From positions 3,224,001 to 3,288,000 of the forward strand of contig NC_043007.1 of NCBI RefSeq assembly GCF_006345805.1: a DNA stretch of 64,000 nt, written 5' to 3'. Below the pieces are notes generated by a model. The model saw only the letters and a program-made list of their open reading frames with translations, had not been told where the DNA came from and ran no database searches. Position 1 is the first letter of the stretch. Every line of letters begins with the position of its first letter. Both the position numbers and the translations under genes were made by a program. The stretch is from Octopus sinensis (lineage: Eukaryota). Below, one piece after another: positions 40,533 to 55,904 of this stretch.

Positions 40533-40800
40533 ATAGAATGTTTGTATACTGTCAATCTAACACGAACGTGACAGTAGGGGGTACACCACCGCTGTTTAGC
40601 CCTAGGAAGCATCGACGCCTCCTGATGGCTTTGACACATTTTTCCTGTGTCCTTATATACATTTACGTATATGTATATAAGAACACAGGAAAAATGTGTC
40701 AAAGCCATCAGGAGGCGTCGATGCTTCCTAGGGCTAAACAGCGGTGGTGTACCCCCTACTGTCACGTTCGTGTTAGATTGACAGTATACAACCATTCTAT
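40533..40800. repeat. Near-perfect palindrome, 130-bp arms and 8-nt loop
   Basis: Arms 40533-40662 and 40671-40800; I find two mismatches. Confidence 0.97.
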
Positions 40801-41434
40801 ATATATATATAAGTAAATGGAAAATGAAAAGACGGTAATATCCACACTCGTAACCACTGCCAATTATGTAATGGTGACATCGCCATGAATTAAATTCAGT
40901 TTAGTTGACAGCCACACGCACGACCATTGCGACGGATATGTCAATCGATAATACTGCAATAAGCGGTGTCATCCGTATTTTTAAAAAAATGAGAAAGCAA
41001 TGACGTAACAAACAGTAAATACTCACATGACCACTCACCGATATATACGCACCGAGACCAGCACAAATACGCACAAAAGACATACATGCAAAGATAAGAG
41101 CTTAGCCACACGTATATATGCGATTATGTACGTTATGGATACCGACATATTAAGATAAGCAGTGACAGAAAATTCCTTTAATCCGTTCCAAGAGAATCAC
41201 TTTTGTGGCAAAAGAATTTCAATACGAAATAACCTGTCAAACTTAAACCGGTACATTTGTGTATCTGCTGATAAAATGAACCACCTTACAAATATATATA
41301 TATATATATATACATACCGCCCTTAAATATATATATATGTATATATATATATATTATTATAATTATATATATATATATATATATAATAATATATATATAT
41401 ACTTACATATTTACATATATAATATACATATACA

Positions 41435-41463
41435 TTGGGTTGGCAACTAAGTTCCCGCTGTTT
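41435..41463 (+). mobile_element. Solitary mellifera-type mariner TIR
   Basis: ttgggttggcaactaagttcccgctgttt resembles mellifera-subfamily TIRs; no partner TIR or ORF seen. Confidence 0.5.
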
Positions 41464-41657
41464 GTTTGTTTTTTATTTTTATATTTATTGCGTTTTTAAA
41501 TGGACAACATCAGGGTAGGATATTTTGAAGAACATGTATTATATTAAGGAGGAAGGAAAAGAAAGAAGACAGAATAATATACACACCATACACACCACCA
41601 CACACACACACACACCACACACACACACACACACCACACACACAACACATATATATA

Positions 41658-41705
<48 letters not shown>

Positions 41706-42345
41706 TATATATATATACATTATAACATATACAAATGACCCTACTACACTGTAGTCTACAAAATCAAAAACAAACTATGGAATAAAGGCAATTTAAAACC
41801 ATTAATGGCGACAATTTTCTTATCGCACCCTATATGTGTGCGTGTGTGTTTGTGTGTATGAATGTATGTATATATATGTATATATGTGTGTGTCTCTGTG
41901 TGTATGTATGTATGTATGTATGTATGTATGTATGTATGTATGTATGTATGTATGTATGTATGTATGTATGGTCCTCTGCTCTGTATGTTTACTTATATTG
42001 ATTTGATTTAGACAGTTTTGAATGGATGAATTCATATATGTATGCTTATACTCAGACAAAATCGTTCTTCACTGACTGAACCGAAGAAACCGAATTAGTA
42101 AAGTGTATTCAGAATTTAATGAATGCTACTCTAGAGCTGTAAGCTGGCGATCATGGCTGAAGATTGACGTAAAATCATTGGTGTGAGTTTATGATCGACT
42201 TTATGCTTCGCTGCATTTCGTAGCAAATGGATTGAATTTATGTTTGTTCCTCAATTACATGCGTGTACTCACACAACATTATGTGCAAACAAATGTATGT
42301 ACATATGTATATCCATATTTATATATATATATATATTATATATAT

Positions 42346-42385
<40 letters not shown>

Positions 42386-42421
42386 ATATATATATATGGA
42401 TATATGTATATATATTTATCC

Positions 42422-42452
<31 letters not shown>

Positions 42453-42539
42453 TTTAATTAGAAGTTGTGTTAACGTCATGAAGGGATGGTTTCATCCAAT
42501 GAAATACTGGTTCAATACCTAGAATTTTAGAAGAAAATA

Positions 42540-42582
42540 TCTATACACAGACACACACACACAACACATATATCTATATATC

Positions 42583-42614
<32 letters not shown>

Positions 42615-42675
42615 GTATATATATATATAATATATATATATATATATCATATATATAGATAATATATGTATATAG

Positions 42676-42735
<60 letters not shown>

Positions 42736-42736
42736 A

Positions 42737-42771
<35 letters not shown>

Positions 42772-42838
42772 CTATATATATGTATATATATGTATAATAT
42801 ATATGTATATATATATATATATATGTATATATAATATG

Positions 42839-42869
<31 letters not shown>

Positions 42870-43022
42870 GTATATATATATATGTATATATATATGTATA
42901 TATATGTATATATATATATGTATATATATATTATGTATATATTATATGTATATATATATATAATATATATATAATATATTATTATATATATATATATATA
43001 TTATATATATATATATATATTT
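42540..43022. repeat. Large (TA)n-rich microsatellite
   Basis: Directly visible. Confidence 0.95.
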
Positions 43023-43031
43023 TATAAGCTG

Positions 43032-43442
43032 AAGGCAGTGAGCTGACTGAATCGTTCGCAAGCCGGATATAATGCTCAGTGGTATTTCGTCTGCCGCTAC
43101 GTTCTGAGATCAAATTCCGCCGAGGTAGACTTTGCCTTTCATCCTTTCGGGGTCGATAAATTAGGTACCTGTCATGCACTGGGGTCGATGTAATTGACTT
43201 AATCCCTTTGTCTGTCCTTGTTTGTTCTCTCTGTGTTTCGCCCCTTGGGGGTAGTAAAGAACTACGTATTTCGTCTGCTGTTACGTTCTGAGTTCAAACT
43301 CCCAGGTTGAGTTTGCTTTTCATCCTATCGGGGTCGATTAAATAAGTACTAGTTACGCCCTTGGGTTGATTTAATCGACTGAACCCCTTTGTCTCTCCTT
43401 GTTTGTCCCCTCCATTTTTATCTCCCTGTGGGCAATAAAGAA
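43032..43442 (+). mobile_element. SINE family A dimer
   Basis: Two bodies joined at aaagaactacgtatttcgtc (~43260). Confidence 0.88.
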
Positions 43443-43609
43443 AGAAATATTTTATAAGCTCAAAGCTTCTATGGTATCATCATGCATTGACTAAAATTGG
43501 GACATATGAGCCCTTAGCGGGAAAAATTAGGGTTTGGTGTACGCATGTGACTCGAAATCACACTTTCATGTATTCTCGACAAGTGTGCAACAATTTACAC
43601 TAACGTTAA

Positions 43610-43666
<57 letters not shown>

Positions 43667-43699
43667 TAATAATAATAATAATAATATTGATAATAATAG

Positions 43700-43900
43700 T
43701 ATGACAACAAAAGAATGAATGAGACCTCGATATTATGTAAAATAGAGGTATTTATCTATAAATATAATATGTGACAATTAGTTGGTTGTCATAATAAACT
43801 CAGAGTTTTGGATACCGGGCTGAAGTCTGCTCCGGCATCTCATCAGTTATTAAGACAAGCGATATGAAAGAATACCGTTCAATAAGGTAAATTACTCCAA
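43700..43900 (+). repeat. Diverged relative of the 59064-59563 repeat, following a (TAA)n tract
   Basis: acaaaagaa.gaa.gagacctc.atattatgtaaa.tagagg.atttatctata shared with 59085-59140. Confidence 0.7.
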
Positions 43901-43993
43901 TAGGCATGGACAAATTAATACTTCGTTCATAGAATCTGCATATGCACACATATCCGCACACACACATACATGTATGTGTATATATATATATAT

Positions 43994-44062
<69 letters not shown>

Positions 44063-44386
44063 ATATGTATGTATAGCTCACTCACGCGTGTACATATACA
44101 TACAAACACACATGTATACATATATATGTCTACGCATACACGCAGATACACACGCATATATATCCATGCACGCATCACTACGCTCAATACACATCTTTCC
44201 AGTTGAACGTACAGTCTTTGCGATATGGATGGCTCATCTGGAAGAGTTCTTTAGACCCCGCTTCATTGACTGCGCAATGACTAAATAAATGACTAAGACA
44301 GACAGATAGATAGATAGTAGATAGATAGATAGATAGATAGATAGGTAGGTAGGTAGGTAGTAGGTAGGAGGTAGGTAGGATGTAGG

Positions 44387-44448
<62 letters not shown>

Positions 44449-44463
44449 TAGATAGATAGATAG

Positions 44464-44516
<53 letters not shown>

Positions 44517-45509
44517 GGATGGATAGATAGATAGATGTGCGTATATGTATATGTAGATATATTATCCATAGTCTAATCTAGAGCTATATCTGAAGTGCTT
44601 GTAATTTAAATATAAATCTCTTCTAATATTTTATAATTGGGTTCAGCGTTTGGGTTGCTGTGAAGCTCGAGTATGAAGTCTTATAAGTTTTGTAAGTTGA
44701 TAAGCGGCCCCGCTCTCATATTTGCTACCGATTGTATCTCGCTGTTCCTAAGCCAGTAAGTGATCCGCATCTGATGAAGTCTTTCATTTCTTGCGTTGCT
44801 ATTACTTTCTACTTTTTCGTTTCTTTCACTGTTTATTTTATTTCTCTTAAAACGCTGAAAACCGCATCACCATAATTTTCATTAGCTTTCTATTTTATAT
44901 ACGATGTCTCTAAACAACACTTCCTTTTCAATGGCTGCTAATTTCTTATTTATTTACTTACCTAATATTTATTTATTTATTTATTTATCTACTATTCCAC
45001 ATCTGTTCGTTGTCAAACTCTGCTTATTTACACAACTATTTCCTCCAGTGTTCTCCCATCGATCATTTAAACTGTTATCCCTTCAGGTGCCTGCACTGAA
45101 AATTAATGTATTTATTCAAATAAATACAACATAATATGACCTTATTTCTTCCTTAATTGCATAGATATTGGCGATTAATCAAAGTCTTGGAAATCATTAT
45201 ATTAAGTACATGCTGCCCCTCGCCCCACCACGGTATTATATTTAGCGTGTATAAAGTATATACAAAATAGAATACAATTAATCTAAAAGTCTTGCTAAAT
45301 ATATTTATTATGTACCTATGTTGTATTATCCACAAGGGAATAATTTATCTGAGAACTAATAATATCGGAATAATTTATCTGAGAACAAGCACTATCTATT
45401 ATTGGCGAACTTATATTCACACTTATATAACCATCCGTTTAGTTCCAAATGTGCAGAGACAGAGAGGTCGTGTTTCAATTTTAAAAATAATGGAACACTT
45501 CGAGTGTAT

Positions 45510-45726
45510 TCTTTTACTCTTTATTTCTTTTACTTGTTTCAGGCATTTGACTGCGGACATGTTGGAGCAGCGCGTTTAGTCCGGCAAGTCGACACCAGGA
45601 CTTATTCTTTGTAAGCTTAGTACTTATACTCTCGGTCTGTTTTGCCGAACTACTAAGTTACTGGGATGTAAACGCACCAGCATAGGTTGTCAAGCGATGG
45701 TGGGGGAAAAAAACACAGACACACAA

Positions 45727-45771
<45 letters not shown>

Positions 45772-45944
45772 CATATATATACAACGGGCTTCTTTCAGTT
45801 TCCGTCTACCAAATCCACTCACAAGGATTCGGTCGGCCAGAAGCTATAGTAGAAGACACTTGGCCAAGGTGCCACGCAGTGGGACTAAACCCGGAACCAT
45901 GTGGTTAGTTAACAAGCTACTTACCACGCAGTCACTCCTACGCC
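45510..45944 (-). mobile_element. SINE family B, full length
   Basis: Head, CORE-like ccttggccaagtgtcttctactatagc, internal TA/CA microsatellite and tail through tgaaacaagtaaaag. Confidence 0.9.
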
Positions 45945-46039
45945 TATATGATTCTTTATCATGCGTATGTAATATAATTTGTAACTTATATATAAACACA
46001 CACACACACACACGCACACACAGAGTTGAGTAGACACTG

Positions 46040-46226
46040 AATGAACGTGAAATGGAGTGTTTTGCTCAAGAACACAGCACATTGCCCGCTCCAGGAACTG
46101 AAACCACAATCGTATGATTACAAATTGAACACTCTAACCATTAAGGCACCGACCGCCACGTGCTATTATATATTTGCTACTTATAGACATATATACATAA
46201 ATATATATGTGTACATATACATAAAT

Positions 46227-46261
<35 letters not shown>

Positions 46262-46345
46262 ATACATATATCACGTGATCACGTGACCGACCAGACCATC
46301 AGATGTTGCTACACATCGCTGGTCACAATGCGTTTGCATTGTTTT
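46040..46345 (-). mobile_element. Degenerate SINE D head (46040-46155) and separate T3 tail fragment (46270-46345)
   Basis: gtgttttgctcaagaacacagcac...aactgaaaccac and tcacgtgatcacgtgaccgaccagaccatcagatgttgctacacatcgctggtcacaat. Confidence 0.65.
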
Positions 46346-46664
46346 AATTATCCCTAATAATGGTTTGGATTTTGACTACTCCTTGTAGCGTGTTAGATGT
46401 CCTATTGTGGACATCGCTTATGTGTTTAAATGTACACTGTATTTATATGAATAATATATGGTCTATTGACTAGTTTTCTACATGTTAGGCTACTGGTAGT
46501 AAAAATTACTAAAATTGTTCCTACCCTGATATCATATATATATAATATATCCCCTCAGATTAACAAGTGGAATATGGCTCGTTTGGAGCACTACAATTCC
46601 AGCCTTTTATACATTTTGAGTATTGTTATCACTAGCGATCTCAAGATATAACTTTGTATTTTGT

Positions 46665-46703
<39 letters not shown>

Positions 46704-46888
46704 TTTTTTTTTTTTTGAAAGTCAACAAAGTTTGCTTAAGAAGCGTTGAGACGCATTGAAAGATACAGATAAGGAAATAATTCTATTTTCAAACGCAGGA
46801 TAATGCTAATAATATAACATGAACAGGATAAATTATCTATATTTTGTATTTTTCAATATATATATATATCTGCATATATATGTGTATG

Positions 46889-46925
<37 letters not shown>

Positions 46926-47226
46926 ATATATATATATATATATATACACTAAATGCTGAAATGACTTAAAGTTTTGCTACATACCGGTCACCAAAAACAC
47001 TAGTGCCTATCTTTAACAAGGACCTTCACTGCAGCAGTCAAGGGTACATATAAAATCCAAGTTTTCACTGCCTTCTTTACACACACACATACAAACACAC
47101 ACACACACACAAATACTCACACGCACATACATATATATATATATATATATATAATATATATATATATACGTACAAAATGACTTGACTGCCAGCCGCGATG
47201 CTCCTGCCTCAAGGTTTTCACTCTAT

Positions 47227-47560
47227 ACACACCAGCTGAAATTGATTCTTCTTTATTAGTCGAAAGACACCTGTTGTTATTTTTTTTGTCGTTGTTGTTG
47301 TACACATTCGCTTCCTTTCTTCCCAGAAATTTCATGCTCTTACCTTAGATTTTTGGAGACAGCCAGATTTGAACTGTCTCAAGTGTAACTGCCCGAAACT
47401 TTAAGAATAATTTGACTGATGACAGGAACTTGTGAATGACCCGTTCTAGATTTTGCCTTTCGGTTTTTTCTTCTTTTTCCTCTCCGTCTAAACATCGTCT
47501 CTCTGTTCGGTTGTTTTACTGCCCTTCGTTGTGTTCTTGTTCAATTTTTGGGATACATAA
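47227..47560 (+). mobile_element. Dispersed repeat family E, second copy
   Basis: Homologous to 29295-29670. Confidence 0.65.
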
Positions 47561-47674
47561 CTTCACATAAACGCATATGTTAATATATATGTGCGTGTAT
47601 GCACATCCATATATGTGTGTGTCTACACACATATTACTGTTCATACATATGTTGCTCTTAATGTAATAGCAATG

Positions 47675-47716
<42 letters not shown>

Positions 47717-50101
47717 CGTGTGCGTGTGTGTGTGTGTGTATGTGTGTGTGTGTGTGTGTGTGTGCGTGTGCGTGTGTGTAACATGTGTAACCATAGTCGT
47801 TTTAATCATTCAATAATACATACGGTAAAACCGAATATTTAGACGCCCCCGGTTCCGTTTAATCTAAGTATTTATCGACTCATATTCGTAATCGTCAAAC
47901 AGTAGGACATTAAAAATTGCTTTAAGCAATTTAGTATTTCTAAAGTTCTGTCAATATAATCTTTAGTACTTTAACTCTAAATTTCTGTAAGTTTGAAAAA
48001 TCTGTTTCCTTTCAGTTTTTTTCACAATAATTCTCCAAGACTTAGTAATTATCCTCTCTTAAAACGTTAAATGAATAATATAGAGCAACCGAGTTGAAAT
48101 GTATGTCTATCGCTTAAGGGGGAGTTAGTATGTTTCTTATTTTGTTCAGAATATACAAGCAGTACCACAATACCGTTTATATGATTTTAATAATTAAGCT
48201 TGAATTCTTCAAGTGAATACGTAATTTTCCTTTGAAATGATACAGTGTATGGTTGTTATCTTTATCTACTTGGATATTAAAAAGCTAAATTTAGATTTTA
48301 CATAGATGTCAATACGCATTGTTGTTTTTGATATAACGATGTATCTAAGTTAAATTATTCGGCCTTTTATGTCAAATAATTAAACCTCTAAATGTATAAC
48401 ATTAGATGAAAGGACGAATTAAGTGATAGTAAAATTTGATAAGATCTGTACTTCGACAAATACTGATGACGGTCAGCGCCATCAACGATTTGTCTAGAGC
48501 AGAATTAAGTAAATGAGTGTATATAATTACTCAATAGATAAGAAGCTTATCGCTGCTACCAGACATCAACGTTTTTATTATCACTGATATAAGATTGAGA
48601 TAAGACTTAGATAAGTCGCCTGAAACCACACTACAGAATGTGCATCAGCTTTTGCTGCCGTACCAAGTCGTTCGTTAGATCAACGCATTCTTTGACAATC
48701 TCCAGGCTCTAAGTTGCGAGATAGCTGTAACTTTCTCACATAAAATTCAAGAATAAATAAAGGGACTTTACTAATACCTGAAGGTGTTTATTATTTTTGC
48801 TTAAATATTCAAAATGCTACACCTCTCTATTTTTCATTAAATTTCTAATCTAAAAGTCAATTAATAATGTATTTCCTGTAAATGAATATGCTCTGAAATA
48901 ATTTTGCGCGATACGCTCTTTAATAATGCAATGACTTTAGCATAAATGTGGGGTTGTGTTGCAATTTCAGTGTAATTAGTGGCTTATATTCATAATTAGA
49001 AGGCTGATATGCACACGGTCATTTGTCCTAACTATCGAACAGTGAAATTAAGGTGGTGAAAGGGCAGAATCATGAATGTGCCGGACATTATGCTGAGCTG
49101 TATTATTTCCGGTTATTTATATTCTTAGTTCAAATGCCACCGAGATCGTCTTTGCTCTTCACCTTTTCGGGGAAGATAATATAAGTACTTAGGCACCGGG
49201 CTTTCCTCCTGCTTTCGAAATTGGTTGCCTTGTGCCAACATTACAAAGAAACTTGAGGGTGAAGGATTGACAGATGCCTTACTGAATCGAAGAAAATACC
49301 GTGCAGTATTTGTTCTATCGCTTTACGATCTGGGTTCGAATCTCACCGTGGTCAGCTTAATATATTAGTCCTCCAGGGTCAACAAAATAAATTACTAGAC
49401 TGATTATCGACTCTAGTCGATAATATCGTCTAACATTCTCTCTCCAAAACTGCGTTTAAATCAGAAAGCATTACCCAACACTCAACTACATGCAATCGGC
49501 CCAGTAGAATCCCACACGAAATGATCAACCCGAACCTAAAGCAGGAAGCGGCTGACGACGGTGGTGTCCACTGGAATTGAACCCGACATCGAGTGCTTGT
49601 GAAGCAAAGGCCGTTAGCATACGCATTGCATGCAGCATATGAATAATATATTAAATTTCAGAAACACGTAATTTTAATTGAAACAACTAAATGCCAACTG
49701 AGATAAACTTTGATGGTTCGTGGTTGACGTGAAATTTCTGTGAAATAATTTCTAAATTTTCGGTTCTATTAATTCTTCGAAATTAATAGAACCAAATAAA
49801 GTGGTTGATGCACAGTCACGTGCACAGTTAGGGAATGCTTTCAATTGTGAAATGACATTAATTTTGGAACTAGAACATACACGCCGGTAATGATTACATC
49901 ACATATTCCACTCTGCTGTGGTTCTGTTGATTATTCTGGTGATTGCGTTGCAATGTCACTGCTTTAATATGCTTCTATAACAAAGTTTCAAAATTTTGCT
50001 GTTATTGTAATTGTTGTTGATGGTTTTGTTTTTACGTTTGTGGTGGTGGTGGTCATCCTCGTCGCCGTCTTCGTGGTTGTGGTATTTGTACTAATATTGA
50101 T

Positions 50102-50462
50102 ATATTTCTTTACTACCCACAAGGGGCTACACATAGATCTCAGTGCGAAACTGGTACATAATCTATCGATCCTGAAAGTATGAAAGGCAAAGTCGACCTC
50201 GGCGGAATTTGAACTCAGAACGTAACGGCAGACGAAATACCTATTTCTTACTATCCACAAGGGTTAAACACAGAGGGGACAAACAAGGACAGACAACGGA
50301 TTAAGTCGATTACGTCGACCCCATTGCGTACTGGTACTTAATTATCGGCCCGAAGGATGAAAGGCAAAGTCGACCAAGGCGGAATGAACTCAGAACGTAA
50401 CGGCAGACGAAATACGGCTATTCATTTCGCCCGGCGTGCTAACCATTCTGCCAGCTCGCCGC
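50102..50462 (-). mobile_element. SINE family A dimer
   Basis: Two gaaaggcaaagtcgacc.cggcggaat.tgaactcagaacgtaacggcagacgaaatac units. Confidence 0.9.
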
Positions 50463-50732
50463 ATTTTTGTACTAATATTAATAGTCTCGTTCTTATGTTT
50501 TTTATTGTTGCTTAGACCCAGATCAGCTGCATAGAATAGACATAGGATCAAATACTTTCAACCGCGGACGAAGCTGAATTATTTTTCTCTTTTTTTCAGT
50601 CGCTACATGTTCCAACTGCAACCATTCAGATGCGATTTGTAGAAGAATACATATTTAACTACTCTTTTTAGCGAGTCAAAAAACCTATATTGACTTTATT
50701 AGATTTCGTTTACTGAGACAGTTAATTAATCC

Positions 50733-51220
50733 TTTCTGTTAAAGGCACCATGCCTGAAAATTTGGAGGAGGCGGGTAAGTCGATTATATCTACCCCAATG
50801 CACAACTGGTATTTATTTTATCGACCCGAACTGATGAAAGGCAAAGTTGACCTCGTGGTATATGAACACAGGACGTAAAGATGAACGATATGAACGAGTG
50901 AACTGTTCATATTCTTTTCTATTCTAGGCACAAGGCTTATTTAATTTATCGACCCCGAAAGGATGAAAGGCAAAGTCGACCTCGGCGGAATTTGAACTCA
51001 GGCCGTAAAAACAGACGAAGTACCTATTATTTTACTACCCACAAGGAGCTACACACAGACAGGACAAACAAGGACAGACAAACAGATTAAGTCGATTAGA
51101 TCGACCTCAGTGCGTAACTGGTACTTATTTAATCGACCCCAAAAGGAAGAAAGGCAAAGTCGACCTCGGCGGAATTTGAACTGAGAACGTAGCAGCAGAC
51201 GAAATACAGCTACGCATTTC
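50733..51220 (-). mobile_element. Cluster of SINE family A bodies (degenerate copy plus dimer)
   Basis: Three atcgacccc.aaagga.gaaaggcaaagt motifs at ~50820, 50950 and 51135. Confidence 0.85.
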
Positions 51221-51806
51221 AAGTAAATAAGATCACCACCATTATTACTTTAGAAATAATATCCTATGTTCAAACTATTTGCAGTACAATGGAAAAACTT
51301 GAGAATGAGAAACCCAATGACGATTAGAGATTAAACCAATAGAAATAGACTGTAAAAGTGAATCTCGAAATAGTCTTCGTCTTTAAACTCGAAGTTAAAA
51401 GCGTCTCAAATCCACATCTTGTTTTAACTCCTCCTACGCGCTTCATTTCGGGAATTTTGACATTTAATTCTATATCTTCCGTGCAAAGTATGGGTTCCAA
51501 GTAACAGCTTCCATCCGACACAATCTATCAGTCATGCAGTTCCGCCAATTCTGTTATTTAATTTACCTTTGTCATTCGTAGACATATGAGAAATAATTAC
51601 TTTCTCCTGCTAACTCAAACAAGCGAATGTTAATGCAGTTAAGTTTCTAATAGGTAATGTGATTAGGAAAGTTAAAATATCAAATTTTCTCTTCAAGATA
51701 TCGAATGTTATCGAATATTTTCTATCCTAACAGTTTCTAAGCACTAAGAGATATTTATTTATTCATTGTAAAGAAGACAGCAACAAAATTTACACTACTT
51801 CCATGA

Positions 51807-51847
<41 letters not shown>

Positions 51848-52615
51848 GCAACTCCAGGTCGTCAGCGTCACTCAGGTTCATCAGAGATTTCGTATAAGAC
51901 ACCTACCTACCAGCTCGAAGAATAGCACGTTTTTCCGCTTTATTTCCAGCCCTAATGGCTTATTCTTTATTTCTAGCACTATATATTTCTTCATTTCTTA
52001 AGTTAAGGGTAAAAATAAAGCAACCCTGCAAAAACAACTGATCTTTACTCACAGACGCACAAAATAACAACGATCAAATAACGACAACGGGGTGCACAAC
52101 AAATAGAAGCGATCTGACTATCACCTGTACTCTTGACAAGAGATGTCATTTAGTCTTTTACAAAAATCAGATCCATTCACGGAAAAAATAAAATAAATAC
52201 ACTGGATTCCAAAAAACGCCGTTACAAGCGAAAATCCCAGCACGCGACGGTAAAAGAATCATAGAAACTGTAACAAAGCCCTTTTTTTAAACTTAATTTT
52301 TCCTTTGTTTTTCTCCCTCTTAACACGGAATGACGGAATATTTGGTGATCTGACACTATTGAATGTTGTGTATTTAAACGAGATGATCCCCATTTTTTAT
52401 ATCATTGAATGTTGTGAACATCTAAATCATATTTGATATTATTGAATTTTGTAGACATTAAATCTTTTAAACATGTTTGTCTACTTTTACCATTGATAAA
52501 CAAATAATATTGTTGAAACTATCTTCGTATGTATATAAATAAATTTATTTAAAAACAATTAGAGGTTTTTCAAATTCAGGGATATTTTCGACAACAAACC
52601 TTTCTGCGTGTGTGT

Positions 52616-52659
<44 letters not shown>

Positions 52660-53725
52660 TACATAATATTTGTTTATTCTCTGAGTTTAATTTATATTCT
52701 TCTTGTGAGAGTTCAAGCCGGTTGCTAACAAAGCAACACAACTTTTTGGGTATGTATGTATGTATGTATGTGTGCATATATGTATCTATACCCTATTGGG
52801 ATCTATCTAGATTCCGTTTAAAAGTTTCACTCAGAAGGCGTCACTTGGCATGATTCTACAGTAGAAGCTGCGCTGCAGATGCTGCGCTGCAGATGCTGCG
52901 CAATAGGATTCAATCTGAAAGTACGTCATTGTAAAAGAAATGTAACCAAACCAACGGCAACATAAAACACGAACACACACACACACGCATGCGTATACAT
53001 ATACGTGTATGCGAATGCTTTGTGATTAATTCGTCAAAGTAGGCAGCAGATTTCGTACGAGCTTTTCTTTTCAGGACACCTTTAAACATTTGGAGTAAAG
53101 AACCATTAAATGAAATTCTATTCAGGCTTTAGACATTTAGATTTTTGCAAAAGTCTTCTTCGGGAAAAGAACCCAATATCTTGCTGGTGCTGAAGTTAAA
53201 GCCACCGGCAGGTTCTGTCCCAGAAGCATTCCCTACACGGGGGTCCCATATAGCTTCTATGTACCAAAATTTATATAAGGTTCTTAGGTCCGCACGATGC
53301 TATGATATAAGTAAGTCAGTTGCCTAATCTACGAGACAGCAAAACTGAAAATTAATTTATTTGAATTTGAAATCGAACATTAACGTAAAGTTATATCTCC
53401 GACCATTCCGTTTCTAATTTTCCTTCTTTTATTTCCAGTCAATAAATTTAAATTCCCAAACGATCAATCAACATTTCAAAAGAATTGTTTCAAATTTTAA
53501 GTGCTAAAAATCATTTTAGATTTCCTGTTTATTTTTTGCTGTTTCAATAGTATTTAAGGTTCTACTTTTCATTTGAATTGCTAATTTGGTGGTTGCTATC
53601 GCTTGAATGTATATACATACATATATCTGTGTGCGTGTGTCTATTTAGCTATTTAGCTACTTATACAAGTACAGAAATACGCACACACACCACACACACA
53701 CACACACATATATATATCTATATAG

Positions 53726-53759
<34 letters not shown>

Positions 53760-53870
53760 ATGCAAATGTACTCTACACTTCAAATATAAGCAACTATATA
53801 TACAAGAATATGAATATATTCACACAGCCCCGCATATAGGTATTTATACATATCTATATATATATATATA

Positions 53871-53935
<65 letters not shown>

Positions 53936-54134
53936 ATATATGGATATATATATGTAGATATATGTAGATATATGTATATATATATATGTATATTTATATG
54001 TATATATATTCATATATATATTTATATGTATATATAGGGGTTAGTATCCCGCTCTCTTAAGCACTACGCCATATGCCCGTGTAAATTATGTAAATAATGT
54101 ACATGATTCTTCATCTCTTAAATATGGAGCTGTA

Positions 54135-54275
54135 CGTTCATTTCTGTGTTCCCTTCTGTTGAGGAGCGTAGGCTCGAAACGTATAAAACTTTCTCATTTC
54201 CCTAGCGTTAAGCTAATATGTTTTTTGCACACCCGCCTTCATCTTTTGTTTTCTGGGAAATTCTCACAATATATA
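54135..54275 (+). mobile_element. Second copy of the 9100-9287 repeat
   Basis: ttctgttgaggagcgtaggctcgaaacgt; stem I of the hammerhead-like fold is broken in this copy. Confidence 0.7.
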
Positions 54276-54315
54276 TATTTCTAGATAGACAGACATGCAG
54301 GCACACAGATAGATT

Positions 54316-54430
<115 letters not shown>

Positions 54431-55904
54431 TATTTGTATGTTTTTCAATGTAATATTATCCCTTTAATATATTTAACCTTTTCCACTCAAATGATTGATC
54501 CTATATAATCGAATCTGTTAAACACTTTAACCGAAACATTAGAAATCAATTCCCTGATCAGCAACATTTATAATACTCTGAGTAGTAACTGAGAATCGCC
54601 GCTACATCACATAAGTTATTCCCTGCTATTGTATTGATTATATATGTATTATTTTCATGTGTGAGAGTGTACGTAAGTATGCGGACGCTCCAAAATGTTG
54701 TATATACGCATTGATATATTTATATATATATATATATAAATATATATATACATTTATTGCTACTAAAATTAGATGTTTCATTTGTATTGCAAATACAGAA
54801 ACATGATATTTATTAGGAAAATAATTATATATGTTCATTTGGTATTGTTATTTTATTCTCTTTTGGGGATTATAAATGTTCGGCTTTATATACTTTTATT
54901 AATTGTAAATATCCGCAGGGTAAGCAATAACATCTTCATTTCGTATAATTACTTATATATAACAACATTAATGGGGGCAATATATTAAAACAGGATAATG
55001 CTTACCGTAGCTGAAATTTTTATATTTGAATAAATTTCTTGTGTGTCTTTGATATTCCAGGCAATAATAGATAAACCTAAAAGTTGCCATAAGAAGGAAG
55101 AAATTGTTGTATACAAATATAGAGCAAAACCGAAATACAAGGCAGTGGATCTTTAGAGAAACCTTCACCATCACGATTTTCTATTCTCTTTGTCTTATAT
55201 TTTGCGATGTATATGTTTAGAATATAATTCTTTGTAATTCTTTAAGAAGTAAAGTATTGATTTCCCGTATTGGTACAATGGCGCCAGTTTGGTTTTGTAT
55301 GGAAATTATGGATTAAAGAATTTCATCTCGGTCTAATTCAACACTGTGAGATGCTGTCATTAATCTCCACACTTTGAATACGATATTTTTACTCACACAC
55401 ACACACCACACACACACACACATATTTAATGTGCAGTTACAGTATGGTCGAATGGTTAAGAAGTTCGCTTTGTAACTACGTGATCTTGGTTTCAATCTCA
55501 GAGCGTATTGAATTAGTGTCATTTTGTATAGGACCTTAGCTTGTTAATGAAATTTGGTAGAAGGAAAACTGCATGAAGGTTTGTCAAGTGAATAGACCTG
55601 AAAAGCAATCCCCCTTCGTATGTAACTCTGAACACGGTTTGTAATATGACTTTAATAAAAATAATAGTAGGTTGTGATTTATATAAGATTCTGCTGTTAT
55701 TTCTAACAAGTTGGCTCACCACGTAGAAGGTATATCTTTGAGAGCAGTACAAATACACAAACAAAAAACAACATGGTGTCAATAATACAGAGATTTTCAT
55801 ACTGAAATTAACAGATAAAAGATATACTCAGCTCAAAATAGTATAATGTTATTACATCGTATTATGTTATGATTCGTCGTAGATTTTAATGATAAATAAT
55901 TTCG

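Noticed and set aside
48455-48494. gacaaat-a-CUGAUGA...atttgtc, a stem I-like pairing around a hammerhead core
   Set aside because: No GAAA and no stem II.
49555-49630. tRNA-Val(CAC)-like sequence on the minus strand
   Set aside because: The acceptor and T stems do not pair; it is better explained as a decayed SINE head.
52867-52901. gctgcgctgcagat x2.5 GC-rich tandem repeat
   Set aside because: A simple 14-bp slippage duplication with no further structure.
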